Source of the DNA: a virus
Taxonomy: Duplodnaviria > Caudoviricetes
Direction: 5' to 3' (one strand)
Length of the DNA stretch: 64,000 bases
IMG/VR virus record: IMGVR_UViG_2623620477_000001
Span: 1-64,000 of that record
Translations under genes and position numbers: made by a program
In this document: piece after piece, positions 46,067 through 59,024 of the stretch
How positions within the stretch are numbered: the first letter of the stretch is position 1
Layout: each line of letters opens with the position of its first letter
The notes under the pieces: generated by a model
What the model was told of the DNA's origin: nothing
The model's database searches: none
What the model saw: only the letters and a program-made list of their open reading frames with translations

Positions 46067-47216
46067 GCGAAAGAAGAAAATATAATTCTGTTATAACTGT
46101 ATTGCACGAAGGTTACGCAGTTTGTATTTTGAAGGATTTTTCTGTAATTTTCTTATCAAGAGAGTCAAAGAAGTAATCAATATAATTCGTCATAACCTCA
46201 AGTTTCGCTTGATTAGAAACAAGGGTTTCTAAGGCACTTAAAGCAGATCCCGATAGCCTGGTCTTTACTTCAAGTATTTCATTCCACTGTTCTTCAGAAA
46301 GTGAATAAAGTGGCATCGCTTTTTGTAATAACTCACGGTTCGTCATTTCTTCACTTCCTTGCTAAGTTCTTCAATCAGTATTTGCTTTGCTTCTTCGTAT
46401 AACTTAGAACCTTTTGGAAGTGTTTCTGCGTATTCCCAGAGTGCTTTTAATTCCTGCTTATCCATAATAGACCTCCTTTGTCACAAGGTCTATTATCGGG
46501 TCAGTTTACTACGGTAGCAACTTGAAGTCGCTTGAATTGCACTTGAATCGTGTCTTTAATCGAGGTTTTCACCACCGTTGTAAGGTAGTGCACGCAATTT
46601 TCCTAGAATCTTCTGATGTGCTTCATCGCCATAAGCACCTTCAAGAATATGTTTAGCTTGTCTTTCAGTGAACGGCAAAGCCTTTTCTAAATCATCAACA
46701 TCACAATAATCTCCAACAGTTACAGAAAATGGTTCTACGCTATCAGTTCTGCGAAGAGTTCGTGCTTCACCTATATAATATTCGCCACCGTCATATTTAA
46801 GAATAAACAGTTTCTCTTTCATTGTTCCTTCTCCCATAATTCCCATTTGCTCTTTGTTTTCAAACATTCAAACTCGTCATCATAACTCATAAGATTACAC
46901 TTTAATTCGTCACCCCAAAAACTATGATGTTTACAGTTTTCACAGCATTTTAATTTCTGAACCAATATTTCGAGTTCGACATTTCTTTGACAAAGAATCA
47001 TAGACTGGTTAGCCAAGTTCTCATTACTTTTTTCGAGTTCTTTAATGCGTTCTTTCAGAAGTTTTATTGCTTCGGTTTCTGGAAGGTCACATACTACAGG
47101 ATTGCAAGTAGCGTGTAACATCTGTTCCATAACTTTATTTGCTTCTTCCTGTCCTTTAATAAAACCGTCTCTTAGACCTTCTTCATAAGTCTTTAGTCTT
47201 TCAATAGCGTCACTCA

Positions 47217-47864
47217 TTACTCGCTCTCCTTTTCTTTTGCGTATTTTGCCATTAACTCCTCTGTCGTTTCACAGAGATTTCTTTCTCTTGCTGACTTCAT
47301 CTTTGCGGTGATAGTCTGCGGTGAGTACAAGTCGATTTCTTTCTGCATTTTGCCCTGTAACTTCAAGTCGAGAATCTGTCTTTCAGAATCAGTCAGATTT
47401 AGTTTCTCTGGCTTATGGATTGCAAAGACATAGTTCATCTTGGTATAAAACATCACGCAGTAAATCAAGTGAATCGCAAACGGAGTTATACCAAGTCGCT
47501 TCATCGTGTAAGCAACGAATACGTTTACAAGATAAATCCACGGTGCTACTTTTCTCAACTTAGGGTCTGCACCCATAGCAACTAACATAAAGAATATCGT
47601 TGCGTAGTTGTAGAAGTTGTTGATATAGACAAGAGTACAGGCAAAGATTACCAAACTCCAAGCAAGCCCTTTTCTTCCAAACAGAAAGATAAACAGAGCA
47701 ATTAGTCCGCATCCACCTGCTCTAAGATACCAGTAATATTCAATATCTCCTACCTTCCATTCGTAAACGTGTAAGCCGATTAGAACGATATGAAGTAACA
47801 TTATCAGAGCAAGTTGCTTATCGTTCTTTAATAATTCTATTCTGTTGCGTAACCACTTAAACAT
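47217..47864 (-). CDS. Multi-TM membrane protein with C-terminal LuxR-like HTH remnant
   Basis: Several hydrophobic segments then LTDSERQILDLKLQGKMQKEI. Confidence 0.65.
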   Translation of the reverse strand: MFKWLRNRIELLKNDKQLALIMLLHIVLIGLHVYEWKVGDIEYYWYLRAGGCGLIALFIFLFGRKGLAWSLVIFACTLVYINNFYNYATIFFMLVAMGADPKLRKVAPWIYLVNVFVAYTMKRLGITPFAIHLIYCVMFYTKMNYVFAIHKPEKLNLTDSERQILDLKLQGKMQKEIDLYSPQTITAKMKSARERNLCETTEELMAKYAKEKESE

Positions 47865-50183
47865 TACTTAGTCTCCTTATGACTTTAATATTCTTTTAAT
47901 CTGTTTTAATAGTTCTTCTAACTGTTCTTCATCCCAGTTTGTAGCACCGTCTAATGCTAAGTCACAAACATTATCTATTTGTTTTACTTTTTCCATTATT
48001 TTTTTATTTTCTTCTTGTAAATTGTGTATTATGTTTTTTTCTTCCTCTGTCATAAAACACCTCAATTATTTATCGGCAGGTTCTTCTTTCCAAAATATTC
48101 TTTTTATAAATGATATATCCACCTCTTACAGAGTTCTCACTACAAGAGTAAGATTGTGCAAGGATAAGATAATCAGCAGATTCTTCAAGAAGGAATCCAA
48201 CTGTTTCAATCGGCTTGATTTCGTCTTTAAGATTTTTTACATCTTCAACATCCTGCCACCTGTCTGCAAGTAATGAATAACCAGAATCAATCCATTTTAC
48301 ATAAACAATATGGTCTGTCATTTACTTTGTCTCCATTCTAAAATAATCATAAGGAAGTTCTTTTAGAATCTTTACATTTCGTAACAAAGGTTCATTATCA
48401 GCACCTTTTCCAACCTCGTCACCAGTTACAACAAATATCTTTGTATTTTTATCGCATCCGCAACAATCATCTGGAAATGCTGAACTTGAAAAATCTCCGT
48501 GAGTACAGGAATTAGCGTGTAATGGTGCTACCAAGTGATAACCGTCTGAAAGTTTTATAGCGTTCCAAACCGAAACCCCTTCCTCGTAACCAATACATTT
48601 ATATCCGTCTCCAACAATACCATTACCGATTTTACTTTTCTCATTTTCTGGGATTTTTCCAAATCGTATATATAACCCATTCATTTACTTTTCCTCCTTC
48701 CATTTTTCAAACATCTTTTCAGCCTGTATATAAGCACAGTTCGGAACACACATTTCTGAATCTGGATTTACTGTGTAATAGATTGCGTAAGCGATAGCAT
48801 CTACCATATCGTGTTTTAGATACAAAAAGTTCGGTTTCTTATTTTCCTTCTTACCCAATTCCGCTTCGATTTCATCTCTACCAAAGTTACCTTGTGACAA
48901 GATGTTTTCGAGTTCTACTTCATAATCTTCTGCAAGTCGTAGGTTCTGCATAATCTCACGGTGGGATTTCATTGTAGGGTGATTATCTGCAATATGTCGC
49001 ATACCTTTGGTTAGTTTAGTAAGAACTCCGAGCGATTTATAAAGATAACTGATTGCATTTGTCAGTTGCTTATGTGTAATTAAAAGTTCTTCATCAATAA
49101 CTTTGTTGCGTTCTTTTTCAAAATCTAAATCTGTCATTCTTAATCTCCTACCTCAAACTTACTGTCATAGTACCAACAACACATCTTGCAGGAATTACTG
49201 TCATCCCATTGTCCGTCACTGTCAAAATGTCCTGTATCATAACCACCTTTTGCCTTGTAAATCTTACACATCTTACAAGGGTCTATTACTAAAGGAATAT
49301 CATTTATATATCCTTCATAACTTTCTAATTGATTTTTTAGTTCTGTCTTTGCCATTTCTATTCAACCTCTTAATACACAATCTCGATATAACTTTCCTGT
49401 CCATTTTTACTGAACTCTGTTTGAAAAGTTGCTGATTCAGTTTCGTATTGTGTACGTTTATTTCTTTGTCGCAGATAAATCTTACAATCTGGTGAACCAA
49501 ACTTTTCAGCCATTTCAACTGCTTTCTTCAAATCTTCTAAAGTCATTTATTCACTCTCCTTTAGTTCTGGAAGTACAATTTCTTTCCAAGCGATAACATC
49601 AGTAATGGAACACCAAGAACCTCTACTGACCCATTCATTATGATTTGTAAGACGTTTTACATCGCAGTCTCCTCTCGGAAAAACAACCAAAACATCTTTA
49701 TAAAGTTCTGGTAATTCGTCTTTCACATAATGCCATTCATTAGCCTTGTTAAAGCCGAATTCTGCACCTTTTAGAAAACCGTCATACCGACCACATTTTA
49801 AGACTTCAATCTGCTCTTTAGTTAATAATTTTTTTTCATATCCTGTTGTCGCATATTCTTCTGCTTCTTTCTCAAACATAGTTACTCCTTCTTTACAAAA
49901 TCCACTAAATACTTACAACCAAATTGTGAATGTCCTTTACTTCGATTACACTCTGCACACTTGTGAGTATGTTCATAACAACAATCTTCGCAATTCTGCC
50001 AAACATCAACCATACATTTAATGCAATCTCTTTTTAGTTTTCTTCCGTCTTTTGTATTATTGCAATAAACCATAATTTACTCCTTCATAAAATCAATAAA
50101 ACAGGTTATCCACATATAGACACCCAATACTATTACAATAATTGGAAATAAAGCAATCGAAAGAACTGCGTATAATATCTTTA

Positions 50184-51539
50184 TCATTTTTCCACCTCGC
50201 TATCTATAACGCAACTTAATTTCACATTTCTTCGGGTATATTTTTTTCGTATTGTTTTGCAACCTTCCTTGAACTTTAGATACAAGTAATGGCTATCTTC
50301 CCAATAACGTACAACATCCTTGTTTTCTTCTTCTCCACCTGTTCGGTAATCAACTATTACTGTCATTTTTCCACCTCGCTATCTTTAAGGAATTGCTCTG
50401 CCTTGTCTTGTATGCTCTTAAAACTCGGACATTTGCTATTACCTTGCCAATTCGCCCACTTTACAAACTCTTTAATAATTTCTTTTGCTTTGGTGAGTTG
50501 TTGCGTTTTTAAATTTGACGCTTTTTGAAGTTCAGGAGTAAGCAAATTGATAGCATTAAGTCTTGCCCTCAATCCTGCGTTTTCTTCTTGCAATTCCTTA
50601 ATATACTGTATCTTTTGTGTAAGGCATTTATTCTCGTATTCCTTCTGACAGATAAAACCACCTTTGTTTTCGGGACAATTTTTACAAGAGAGCAAAACGC
50701 TGATTTTTTCTTCAAGTTCGGCATTTTCCTTGTAGATTTCACATTCTGACTTATAGCCACAATGTTTGCAATTATTATATTTACAACTCATTTTTCTTTT
50801 ATCTCCTCGGTTCTTCATAATATTTCATTCCATTTGAAACGAGATAAAACATTACTGCTTCTTTATTTTCAAACCACTTGATTGTATTACACTTTGGTAA
50901 CGCACCTTGTACTGAATAATCAATCTTCCATTCAGTATCGAAAAGATTTTTATATGCAAACCATTTATGGTCGCTATCTCTTTCATCAACAGGAAGATAA
51001 CACTTCATTTTCTCAATCTGTGCTTGCAGATTAGATATTATTTCGTTCTTCTGCCAAAACATTTTGTCATAGTCTGTCTCTGCCTGTGACAATTTTTTAT
51101 TAAGTTCCTTTAATTCAAGTTCACGACCTTCTAACTGATAAGAAACATTTTCAAGTTTGTTTTCAAGGTCTGAATAACAGTCAATATAACCGTCATAAAA
51201 TGAACCATACGATAAACCTTGATTTCTTTTTGAACATACTGAATATCTATTATCTATATGCAATTTCAATTCTTCTTTATTCATTTTTCTTTTATCTCCT
51301 TAAAACTATTTCAATAAATCTTTCAAAACTTCTTTATCGTCTATACAAACCTTAATCAAGAAATCTTCATACCTTGCTAAAGACTGATACTTGTTGCCTA
51401 ATACGTCTGTAATTATTGCTCGCTCAAAACAGAAATCTTCCTTTCTTTTTTCTACTTTAAGTATAAGAGAAACATTCAAGTCTACAATTTCATCGTCTTT
51501 ATCAAAAACTTTAACAAACGTCATTTTTCTTTTATCTCC
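50184..51539 (-). repeat. Repeated gene-junction sequences in small-ORF array
   Basis: 22-bp exact repeat at 50184 and 50363; 19-bp exact repeat at 50788, 51281, 51521. Confidence 0.8.
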
Positions 51540-52753
51540 CATTTTTTACAGTTACGACAACATTCAGAAGGTTTCATTCCTTTACCTTGCTCTGCTAGTT
51601 CTATTAAGCACTGCTGATAATTCTTGCAGTTACACCAATTTTTCATTTTCTCAATCTGTGCTTCTAACTCTCGCACTTTTTCATCGTGCTTTCTTTTTTC
51701 CATTTCTTCACAATAATCAAACTCTTTGTCTGTCATCTTCCTAACTCCTTTGTTTAAGTCTGACCAAGTTGGTAAATCTTTCATTACCTACCTCCTAATC
51801 TGGTTCAAACTCGTGCTCTTTGAACTCAACGTCATACAACTTTTCCCTAACCTGTTTTTTCATTTCATCAGTAATTTCTACTGGATCTTTTGAATAATCG
51901 TCATACGCTTTTACATATTCAACTTCATCAATTGTGAAGTCTCCGTCGGGTGGTTCGCATCCGTAACCCCAAGAATCTCCGCTACTGTACCACCCTGTTG
52001 CTTCTGCTCTGACATCAACATCAATGTCACCTTCATCGGTGTACAGTGTAACAGTTCCGTAATAATACATATTACTCATTTCTGCTCTCCTTCCAAAACC
52101 AGATATTCAATGAACTTCACATCCTGTGCTGTCAAACGCTGTTTCTTCTGCATTTCTTCAATTTCTGCTCGTTCAAGTGCCAACCGATTTTCAATTTCAT
52201 CAAGTCTGTTTTTTACACATATAAAAGTTCCAACGAAGAATGTTATCAACAAGAACGTAAGAACTATCATTACCTTTTCTGCCAAGTTTCCCCTCCATCT
52301 AATGAACACAGTTTTGTTTTTTCTGTATCGGTAATCATAATCGTATCACCGTAGAAACATACATCGAGATAGTGAATACCACTTTCTTTTATGATGTTCA
52401 AAATCTCTGTAGTTTTCTCTTTCAGCAAATCTTCGTTCATTTCAACACCCCATATTTCGTTTTATTACCAACATCTATTTCATAGAGCAATACTCCGTGA
52501 TTTTCGCACTTAATTAAAAATGCGTTAGTAAGGCTATACCCCATTTTTGATGCTTCACTCTTCGTCATTTCCTTCTGTTTCAGAACTTCCACAAGTTCCA
52601 GCTCTTTCTTCGTCAGATAATGTTCCCACATCATTCTTACCTTTTTTGAAAAACGCTTCCATTCCAAACTCTACTCCAACTGCAACAGAGATAACAATTG
52701 CACACACAAAGAATAGAAACAAAACTAACACCAAAAATGTTTTGATAATAACA

Positions 52754-53422
52754 CTAAGCATACTTCCTCCTTGATTTACGTTTGCTTTCCCAATCAAAAG
52801 TCAACGTTGTACACACTTCTGTAAATCTGTCGAAAACAGCAGTTCCCAAAAAGTTTACAAACGATTTTTTCGATGCGTTAGTTACAAGAACTGTCGGTTT
52901 ATTGTTTTCATATCTCATACAGATTATCTGCATCAACACAAACTTTTCTGTCGTATCATTTACAAAGTATTTGCAGCACTCATCAATTACAAGCATATCT
53001 ACTTTAGAATAATGTCTGATAAGTTCCTCTCGGTTCATATCAACCTTATAACCTGTCGCCGAATCATACTTCATACACAGCATTGACGATGTGATATATT
53101 CACCACCACATTCTCGAATAATGGAACAAGCAAGATGCGACTTTCCCGTTCCATTATTCCCACACAAAACTAACATTCTATTGTACGGATTCTTCGCAAA
53201 ATCCATTACTGTTTTCAACGCACTTCCATTAAGTGCCGTTTCTTCATAAGTAGCAAAACTTTCACAAAAAAACTTCTCGGGAACTCCACTCTCCTTATAT
53301 TTCTTATATCTATCTTCATTTCGAAACTTCTCTTGCATCGCATCGTATGCACATATCTTTTCTTCTGTTTCTTCTTGAGGCAAGATTGTATCCAACCCCT
53401 TAAACATTGGAAATGTTTTCAT
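52754..53422 (-). CDS. DnaC/IstB-like helicase loader
   Basis: GNNGTGKSHLA, MLVIDE, RYENNKPTVLVTN, DRF. Confidence 0.9.
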   Translation of the reverse strand: MKTFPMFKGLDTILPQEETEEKICAYDAMQEKFRNEDRYKKYKESGVPEKFFCESFATYEETALNGSALKTVMDFAKNPYNRMLVLCGNNGTGKSHLACSIIRECGGEYITSSMLCMKYDSATGYKVDMNREELIRHYSKVDMLVIDECCKYFVNDTTEKFVLMQIICMRYENNKPTVLVTNASKKSFVNFLGTAVFDRFTEVCTTLTFDWESKRKSRRKYA

Positions 53423-53430
53423 AACAACTC

Positions 53431-54141
53431 CTAGAAATCAACCTCTCCGACATCTGAATCATTATCTATTCTTCCGTCAGTTGCATTTATCAATTGTGCC
53501 AACATACCTGCTGAAAGAATTGTTGTAAGCACATACCCTTTTGAAACAATAAACTTATTGTCTATGGATCTGCGAACAGCATCTAAAATCTTTTCAAGAC
53601 CATATTTTTCAATACAATCTTTTGTCAATTTTCTACTCTGTGCCCAATTCACTATTGGTTTTTCACTTTTTACAACTCCTCTTTCATAAAGTTGCTGATA
53701 GTTCAAAGCATACTCTTTTTCGACTCTTTCAATATCATTCTTTGGAACTCTCTCGGTTAATGGAACTCTCTGTGGCGTTTCTGCAACCTTTACTGGCTGA
53801 TTGCATTTATACGCGCCTGTTTTTTCAACCTCTAAAGTTGATTTTTCGTTCAGATACTTTGTTTCTGTGTATCTATCACTACGAAGATAATTGTTTATTC
53901 TCCAATGGCGAATAACAACAATTCCACTGTCGAACGGAATCAAGAAGAACTTTGCAATAAGAATCTTCAAATCATCTTCACTTGCCATACATTGTCGCAT
54001 TATCGCTTTTGGCGAATCGACAAAGCCATCATCATCTGCAACCATATTTAATGTAAAATACAGACATCTCGCTGTTGCTGGCATATCCAAAAATGCGTCA
54101 GACAACACAATCGACTTTGCAAACATACGTCTATTTGCCGT
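53431..54141 (-). CDS. Phage replication initiator (replisome organiser); start ACG 54141 or ATG 54126
   Basis: (ANRR)MFAKSIVLSDAFLDMP...LYF...ADDDGFV N-terminal domain; upstream of loader. Confidence 0.85.
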   Translation of the reverse strand, partial: TANRRMFAKSIVLSDAFLDMPATARCLYFTLNMVADDDGFVDSPKAIMRQCMASEDDLKILIAKFFLIPFDSGIVVIRHWRINNYLRSDRYTETKYLNEKSTLEVEKTGAYKCNQPVKVAETPQRVPLTERVPKNDIERVEKEYALNYQQLYERGVVKSEKPIVNWAQSRKLTKDCIEKYGLEKILDAVRRSIDNKFIVSKGYVLTTILSAGMLAQLINATDGRIDNDSDVGEVDF

Positions 54142-54182
54142 AGGTCATCTACCTCCCTGTCATTTTTGACATATTACTTTAT

Positions 54183-54321
54183 TAAAACAAAAATCCTTGA
54201 TTCAACAGACTGCGGTTGGTAATTCCGATAACTCCCAAAGAAACTAAAGAGTTAATTCAATCTGCTGAACCAAGGATTCTGCACAGTTTCTTTGTTTGTA
54301 TTTAAGGTTTACCAGACCTTA
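54183..54321 (-). ncRNA. C4-like antisense/attenuator RNA in leader of replication operon
   Basis: 18-bp closing stem with G-U pairs on - strand, two internal hairpins whose loops are complementary to two upstream sites, then a U-rich tail. Confidence 0.65.
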
Positions 54322-54326
54322 TCTGT

Positions 54327-54355
54327 AGTATATCACTTACTCATTATGGTGTATA
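54327..54355 (-). promoter_or_regulatory. Putative promoter for replication operon
   Basis: TATACA-17-TATACT with extended TG. Confidence 0.5.
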
Positions 54356-54356
54356 G

Positions 54357-54370
54357 TTCGCACGTGCGAA
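54357..54370. promoter_or_regulatory. Palindrome TTCGCACGTGCGAA, copy 4
   Basis: Perfect palindrome abutting the putative -35. Confidence 0.85.
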
Positions 54371-56604
54371 TTATTGCTTAAAATCCATTATTGATTGATA
54401 CAACTCATAAAGCATTTCTTCACACGCTTTCATATCGTTATAAACATCAATCATTTCGTATGGTGCTCCATTTTTTCCGTGTCCGTTATCATCAAGCCAT
54501 AAATACGCTTCATAACTTGGGTCGTAACTGTCGTAGTATTCACGCAACTTATCTTCAATTTCTCCAAGAGTTTTATATTCAAGTTCTACATTAAAATCTT
54601 GTCCTGCTGGAGAATACTGGCTGAACATTACTAACTTAGTTCCACCTTCGTTTTTATCCCAAGTTACAGTCCAGCCAAGTTCTTCTGCAATCTTTTCAAT
54701 TTTTGCTTTTGTCATTATAAATCTCCTTACCAAGCAATTCTTATTGAACTATGCTTTGGACAATTGGCTTCAAATCCGTTCTGTTCAAAATATTTAAGCA
54801 CTTCTTCAATTTCAATTTTAGAAGGACAAGGACACTCGTGTTTCCAACAATTGCAAGATACATCACTCCACCATTTGTGAATAAATCTAACTCCGCCATT
54901 AGATGCTGTTTCTTTAACCAATCTTTCACAATTTTCAATCACCTTACTTACAACATCTTTTCTTATTGTAGATGCTTGTAAGTTTCTAATTTCATCTGCT
55001 GTCATTATTTTTTCTCCTTTGCTTTGTATCTGCACTTTTTCTTGTCACCATAACAACTTGCATATTTATATTCCACTTTACAAATTGAACAAGTCGAATA
55101 AGTAGGTGGTTCATAATACTTACAAGGTTTCTTTTTGTTCATCTTTATTGTCCTCTATCTTTCTTTCCCAATATAACTTCGATATAATCGAATCCAACCT
55201 TACTCCAAGTGGTGAATATGAAATGACGTGTCGCTTTCGTTCAGACAGTATCATAAGCACCAAATCTACATCTGATTTTTCTTCGAGTTCTTTTTTAGTC
55301 ATTTAGTCCTCCCAAACTTCCAACATTCCGTATTCGAGAATGTCATGCAAATCTGAATGCCTACACCCGATGTAATTACCATTAAGCCAATCTTTGAACA
55401 TTCGTTCATTTCCAATTTTCATATTACCTTTCTTAACCTGTTCTTTTACTTCTTTACGGAGTTTCCTAATAGAAGTGGTAACAAGAATGATGTCTCTTGA
55501 ACTGTACTCTTTCCAAGCATTACAACTCGAAAGGACATAAATGTTTTTCATTTTCCCTCCCTCTTCTTAAGCCAATCACTGTACTTAAGAGGTTTGAGTT
55601 TCATTCCTCTCATAATTTTCTCATACGCGCAATATTCTTTTAATGTCTGGCTAATATAACTCTTTTCTTCTCTCTTCATAACAACCACTTATGGATATGT
55701 ATATCCGTATGCTTTACGAACCTTCTTATAACGGCTTTTGTTTCGTTTTCTTAATTCTGTGTTTTCATTTAGTCTATCCTCAATCCAGGTTGCCAAGAAC
55801 CAAAGACTGTTTACACCATCTTCTAGTGCAGAACCAACTCCAACAACACCTTCATAATCAAGATGTTGTTCGTCTTTACAGTATTCATTGATTGCTAACA
55901 CAACGTTCATTCGGATCTTCTGAACTTCTGACAACTGTGTAGTCAAAACGTCTCTTAATTGTTCTGTATTCATTTAATCTCCTCAAATGTAATGCAATCT
56001 ACACAATCAACTGTCATTGTTACTTCCGCAATTTCTGATGCTGTATTTGCTTTTTCGACGTCAGTGAATACTGTTGCATCATAATCGTGTACATACCAAC
56101 CTTTGCTACTGGCATTCCAATAAGCCTTGTCGCCATTCATATACCTTCCAACTACTCTGTACTTCATTACTAACTCCTTAAACAGCGTACTTAATTTCCT
56201 GCTTGCTACTCCACTTTTCCATCATTGGTTTAACAAGTGTCTCAATACAGGTATTTGTTACAACAACTGTTTCTTTATCATTCTTATCCCATTCGCGATT
56301 AAGAATACACAGCCCATCGACATCGATACGACTGATTGTTTTTTTGTACACACCGAAGTGGTCGAATGTGCTAATATCGAAACTAAAATCGTCATTCTGC
56401 TCTCTATCAGTCTCTTTTAGAACACTACCTACATCGTGACTGTAACTATTTTTAACCGTGTAATAAGTCTTACCCTTTGTGAAAGTATGATAAAAGTATC
56501 TCCACTGTTCTGACAAAAGCCAATTTATAAGTTCATTCATCGAGCCAAACATTTCGTTATACTTTTCATATCTGTTTCCATAGATATGATTTGTTACATA
56601 AACC

Positions 56605-56946
56605 TTAATCATTATTTTTCTCCTTCATAATTTTATACTCAATATGTTCTGCAATAATCACAACCTTTGAATGAGACTTACCAGTGCTGTCTCTCCAACA
56701 CTCCTGTTTCATTCTTCCAACAACTCTGATTTCACGATTAAGAATCGCGTTCCTTTTTACATTTTCTGCCATATTCCCATAGCATAAGATTTCAAAGTGA
56801 CTTACCTCTGTCTGCATCTGGTTGTTTCTGTCTCTGTACTGACGAGCCACTCCAATCTCGAAATCTGCACTTGGAACTCCAAGCTCATGAAATGCTACTT
56901 CTCTTGTAACATTTCCTTCAATAATCAAACTATTCATCTGGTCCAT
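56605..56946 (-). CDS. ssb: Single-stranded DNA-binding protein
   Basis: NSLIIEGNVTR, IRVVGRMKQ..W, IIAEHIEY; lacks acidic tail. Confidence 0.85.
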   Translation of the reverse strand: MDQMNSLIIEGNVTREVAFHELGVPSADFEIGVARQYRDRNNQMQTEVSHFEILCYGNMAENVKRNAILNREIRVVGRMKQECWRDSTGKSHSKVVIIAEHIEYKIMKEKNND

Positions 56947-56955
56947 ATTTACCTC

Positions 56956-57264
56956 CTATGAAACCTGTAAAACATAATCTGCTATAAACATCATCTTTGG
57001 ATTCTTGCTTGTACCTTTCTGCCAAGACTCAAGATGACCCGATAGAGACACTTCCTTATTCATTGCAATACCCTTTTTCTTTGCTTCTTCCCAAACATTC
57101 TTCTGCATTATGCAGGAAAACTTTAAGATACTTGAAGAATATGTGTTATCAATACGATTTGCTTTTCCTTCAATCTTCACACTACCAGCGAACTCCCCAC
57201 TTAATTCTTTCAAGTAATAAACTCTTCCTGTAACTGACCAATCATTCATTGACATATAATTCAT
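56956..57264 (-). CDS. Second OB-fold / SSB-like protein
   Basis: NDWSVTGRV, VSLSGHLESW, FIADYV parallel the SSB motifs. Confidence 0.55.
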   Translation of the reverse strand: MNYMSMNDWSVTGRVYYLKELSGEFAGSVKIEGKANRIDNTYSSSILKFSCIMQKNVWEEAKKKGIAMNKEVSLSGHLESWQKGTSKNPKMMFIADYVLQVS

Positions 57265-58547
57265 TTAACAACCTCCTCTGAAAGTATTCGCATAAGTTTC
57301 AATATTGAATCAGAAGAACCATATACGATTTTTACGCCGCACTCATCATCTTCTTCAGTTATATCAGTAACAGCCATTACGATTCCAAATCTTGCAAGTT
57401 TCAACTCATCGTGGTACTCATCTACAAGATTTTTTATTTTGTTTGCAAATTCAATTGCAATTTCATCTTTTACTTTTATAGATTTCATTATTCTCGAGAT
57501 AATCATATCTTTATCTATTTCATCATAAGTTCCGTCTTCAATCTTTTTTCTTAACGATTCTTCCATCTTATTCCTCCTCTACTTTAATGATGTGATACTC
57601 GCAGTTATCCAATCCATAAATCTTTATACATTCTTCGACAGAACTAACGATACATTCCTGTTTATGAAACTTGCCATCGAAACAATACTCATCACGATAC
57701 TCAAACCATACATGAACCATTATTTTGCCTCCAAGTATATGAAGAAGTCTGAATTATCTTCAAAACGGATCATAAATTGCATCCTATAACATTCAGATTT
57801 TTCGCGTTTATCAACAGACATCAGTCTTATTTCGTTTATCTGATATATCCAATACTCCTTAAAAACTTTTGTGAACACTTCTGCTTTCACCGTTTCGCCA
57901 AAACCAAGTTCAGCAAGTTTCTTTTTTCCTTCTTTTACTTCTTCTGCAATTTCCTTGCTTTTTGTTTCATAACTTTCTTCAAGTGATTCCATTCTAGTCA
58001 TTAGAAATCCTCCTCATCTTCAAGTTCATATTCATCTTCAATTGTGTCATCATCCATTTCGATTTCGTAATCATCGTCATCATCGTCGTCATCGCAACGT
58101 TCATTACACTTATCAATCATATCTGCTGACACACACAACAAGTGGTTGTAATCTGAACTCATCGCATCCTTAAGATATGCGTCAATTTCTTCTTTTGTGA
58201 AGTTACACTCTTTCATTGCTCTCTGTGTGTACCCCATAACGCTATATGCGTTTCCGTCAATTCCTACTAAACAATAACTCATTATTCTTCCTCCTCGGCT
58301 AATCGTTTGTAATATTCGTTTTCTGCTTCAATATCTCTAGTGTCATATGTTCTATACATTGTTTCTGCTTCAAAATATTCTTTCACTAAAGATTCCAACT
58401 TTTGCTCGAACTCACCAAGAATCTTATTCTCGATTAGATGTTCTGACATATTTTCATCAAGTTCAACTTTGACTGTGATAATCGGCATCATTCCAACTGA
58501 CCTATCACCAATATCTTCAATAAAGATTGTGAACTTATCATCACCCA

Positions 58548-59021
58548 TTACGACACCTCCTTTTCCTTCACAACTTCAACTCCCCACTTGGCGCGGATGT
58601 CATTCATCTTATTGTGAGAGTAAATGTGCTTTTTCTTTGTGCCACTGTAAACCCAAGCCTTTTTGCTTGCAGAGAACCAAAATCCAAGTTCTTTCAGTTG
58701 GTCTTTGTACTCTTTAGATTCAAAACACCAAATCCACTGACCGATTATTTCAATACGCATATTGAAGTCGATTACCTTATTAAGAACATCTTTGAACGTA
58801 TCTTTACTGAAGTCATAATGGATTTTCTGTTTCTCTACTGGAAGTTCCTTGTTTTCCTCATCAATTCTCTTGTTGAGTTCTACTCCAAATCTTTCAAGCA
58901 ATTCCACATACTGCTCATCAATTTCTTTCTTGATGTCAGCATCAGACTTCCAACGCTTAAGAAGATTAAGGTATTCGCCTTTCAACTGTTCAATTGATTC
59001 TGCACTTCCAAACCATTCCAT
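58548..59021 (-). CDS. J-domain-like phage protein lacking HPD
   Basis: WF....SIEQLKGEY N-terminus; IEIIGQWIW, LKELGFWFSASKKAW C-terminal domain. Confidence 0.55.
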   Translation of the reverse strand: MEWFGSAESIEQLKGEYLNLLKRWKSDADIKKEIDEQYVELLERFGVELNKRIDEENKELPVEKQKIHYDFSKDTFKDVLNKVIDFNMRIEIIGQWIWCFESKEYKDQLKELGFWFSASKKAWVYSGTKKKHIYSHNKMNDIRAKWGVEVVKEKEVS

Positions 59022-59024
59022 TGT

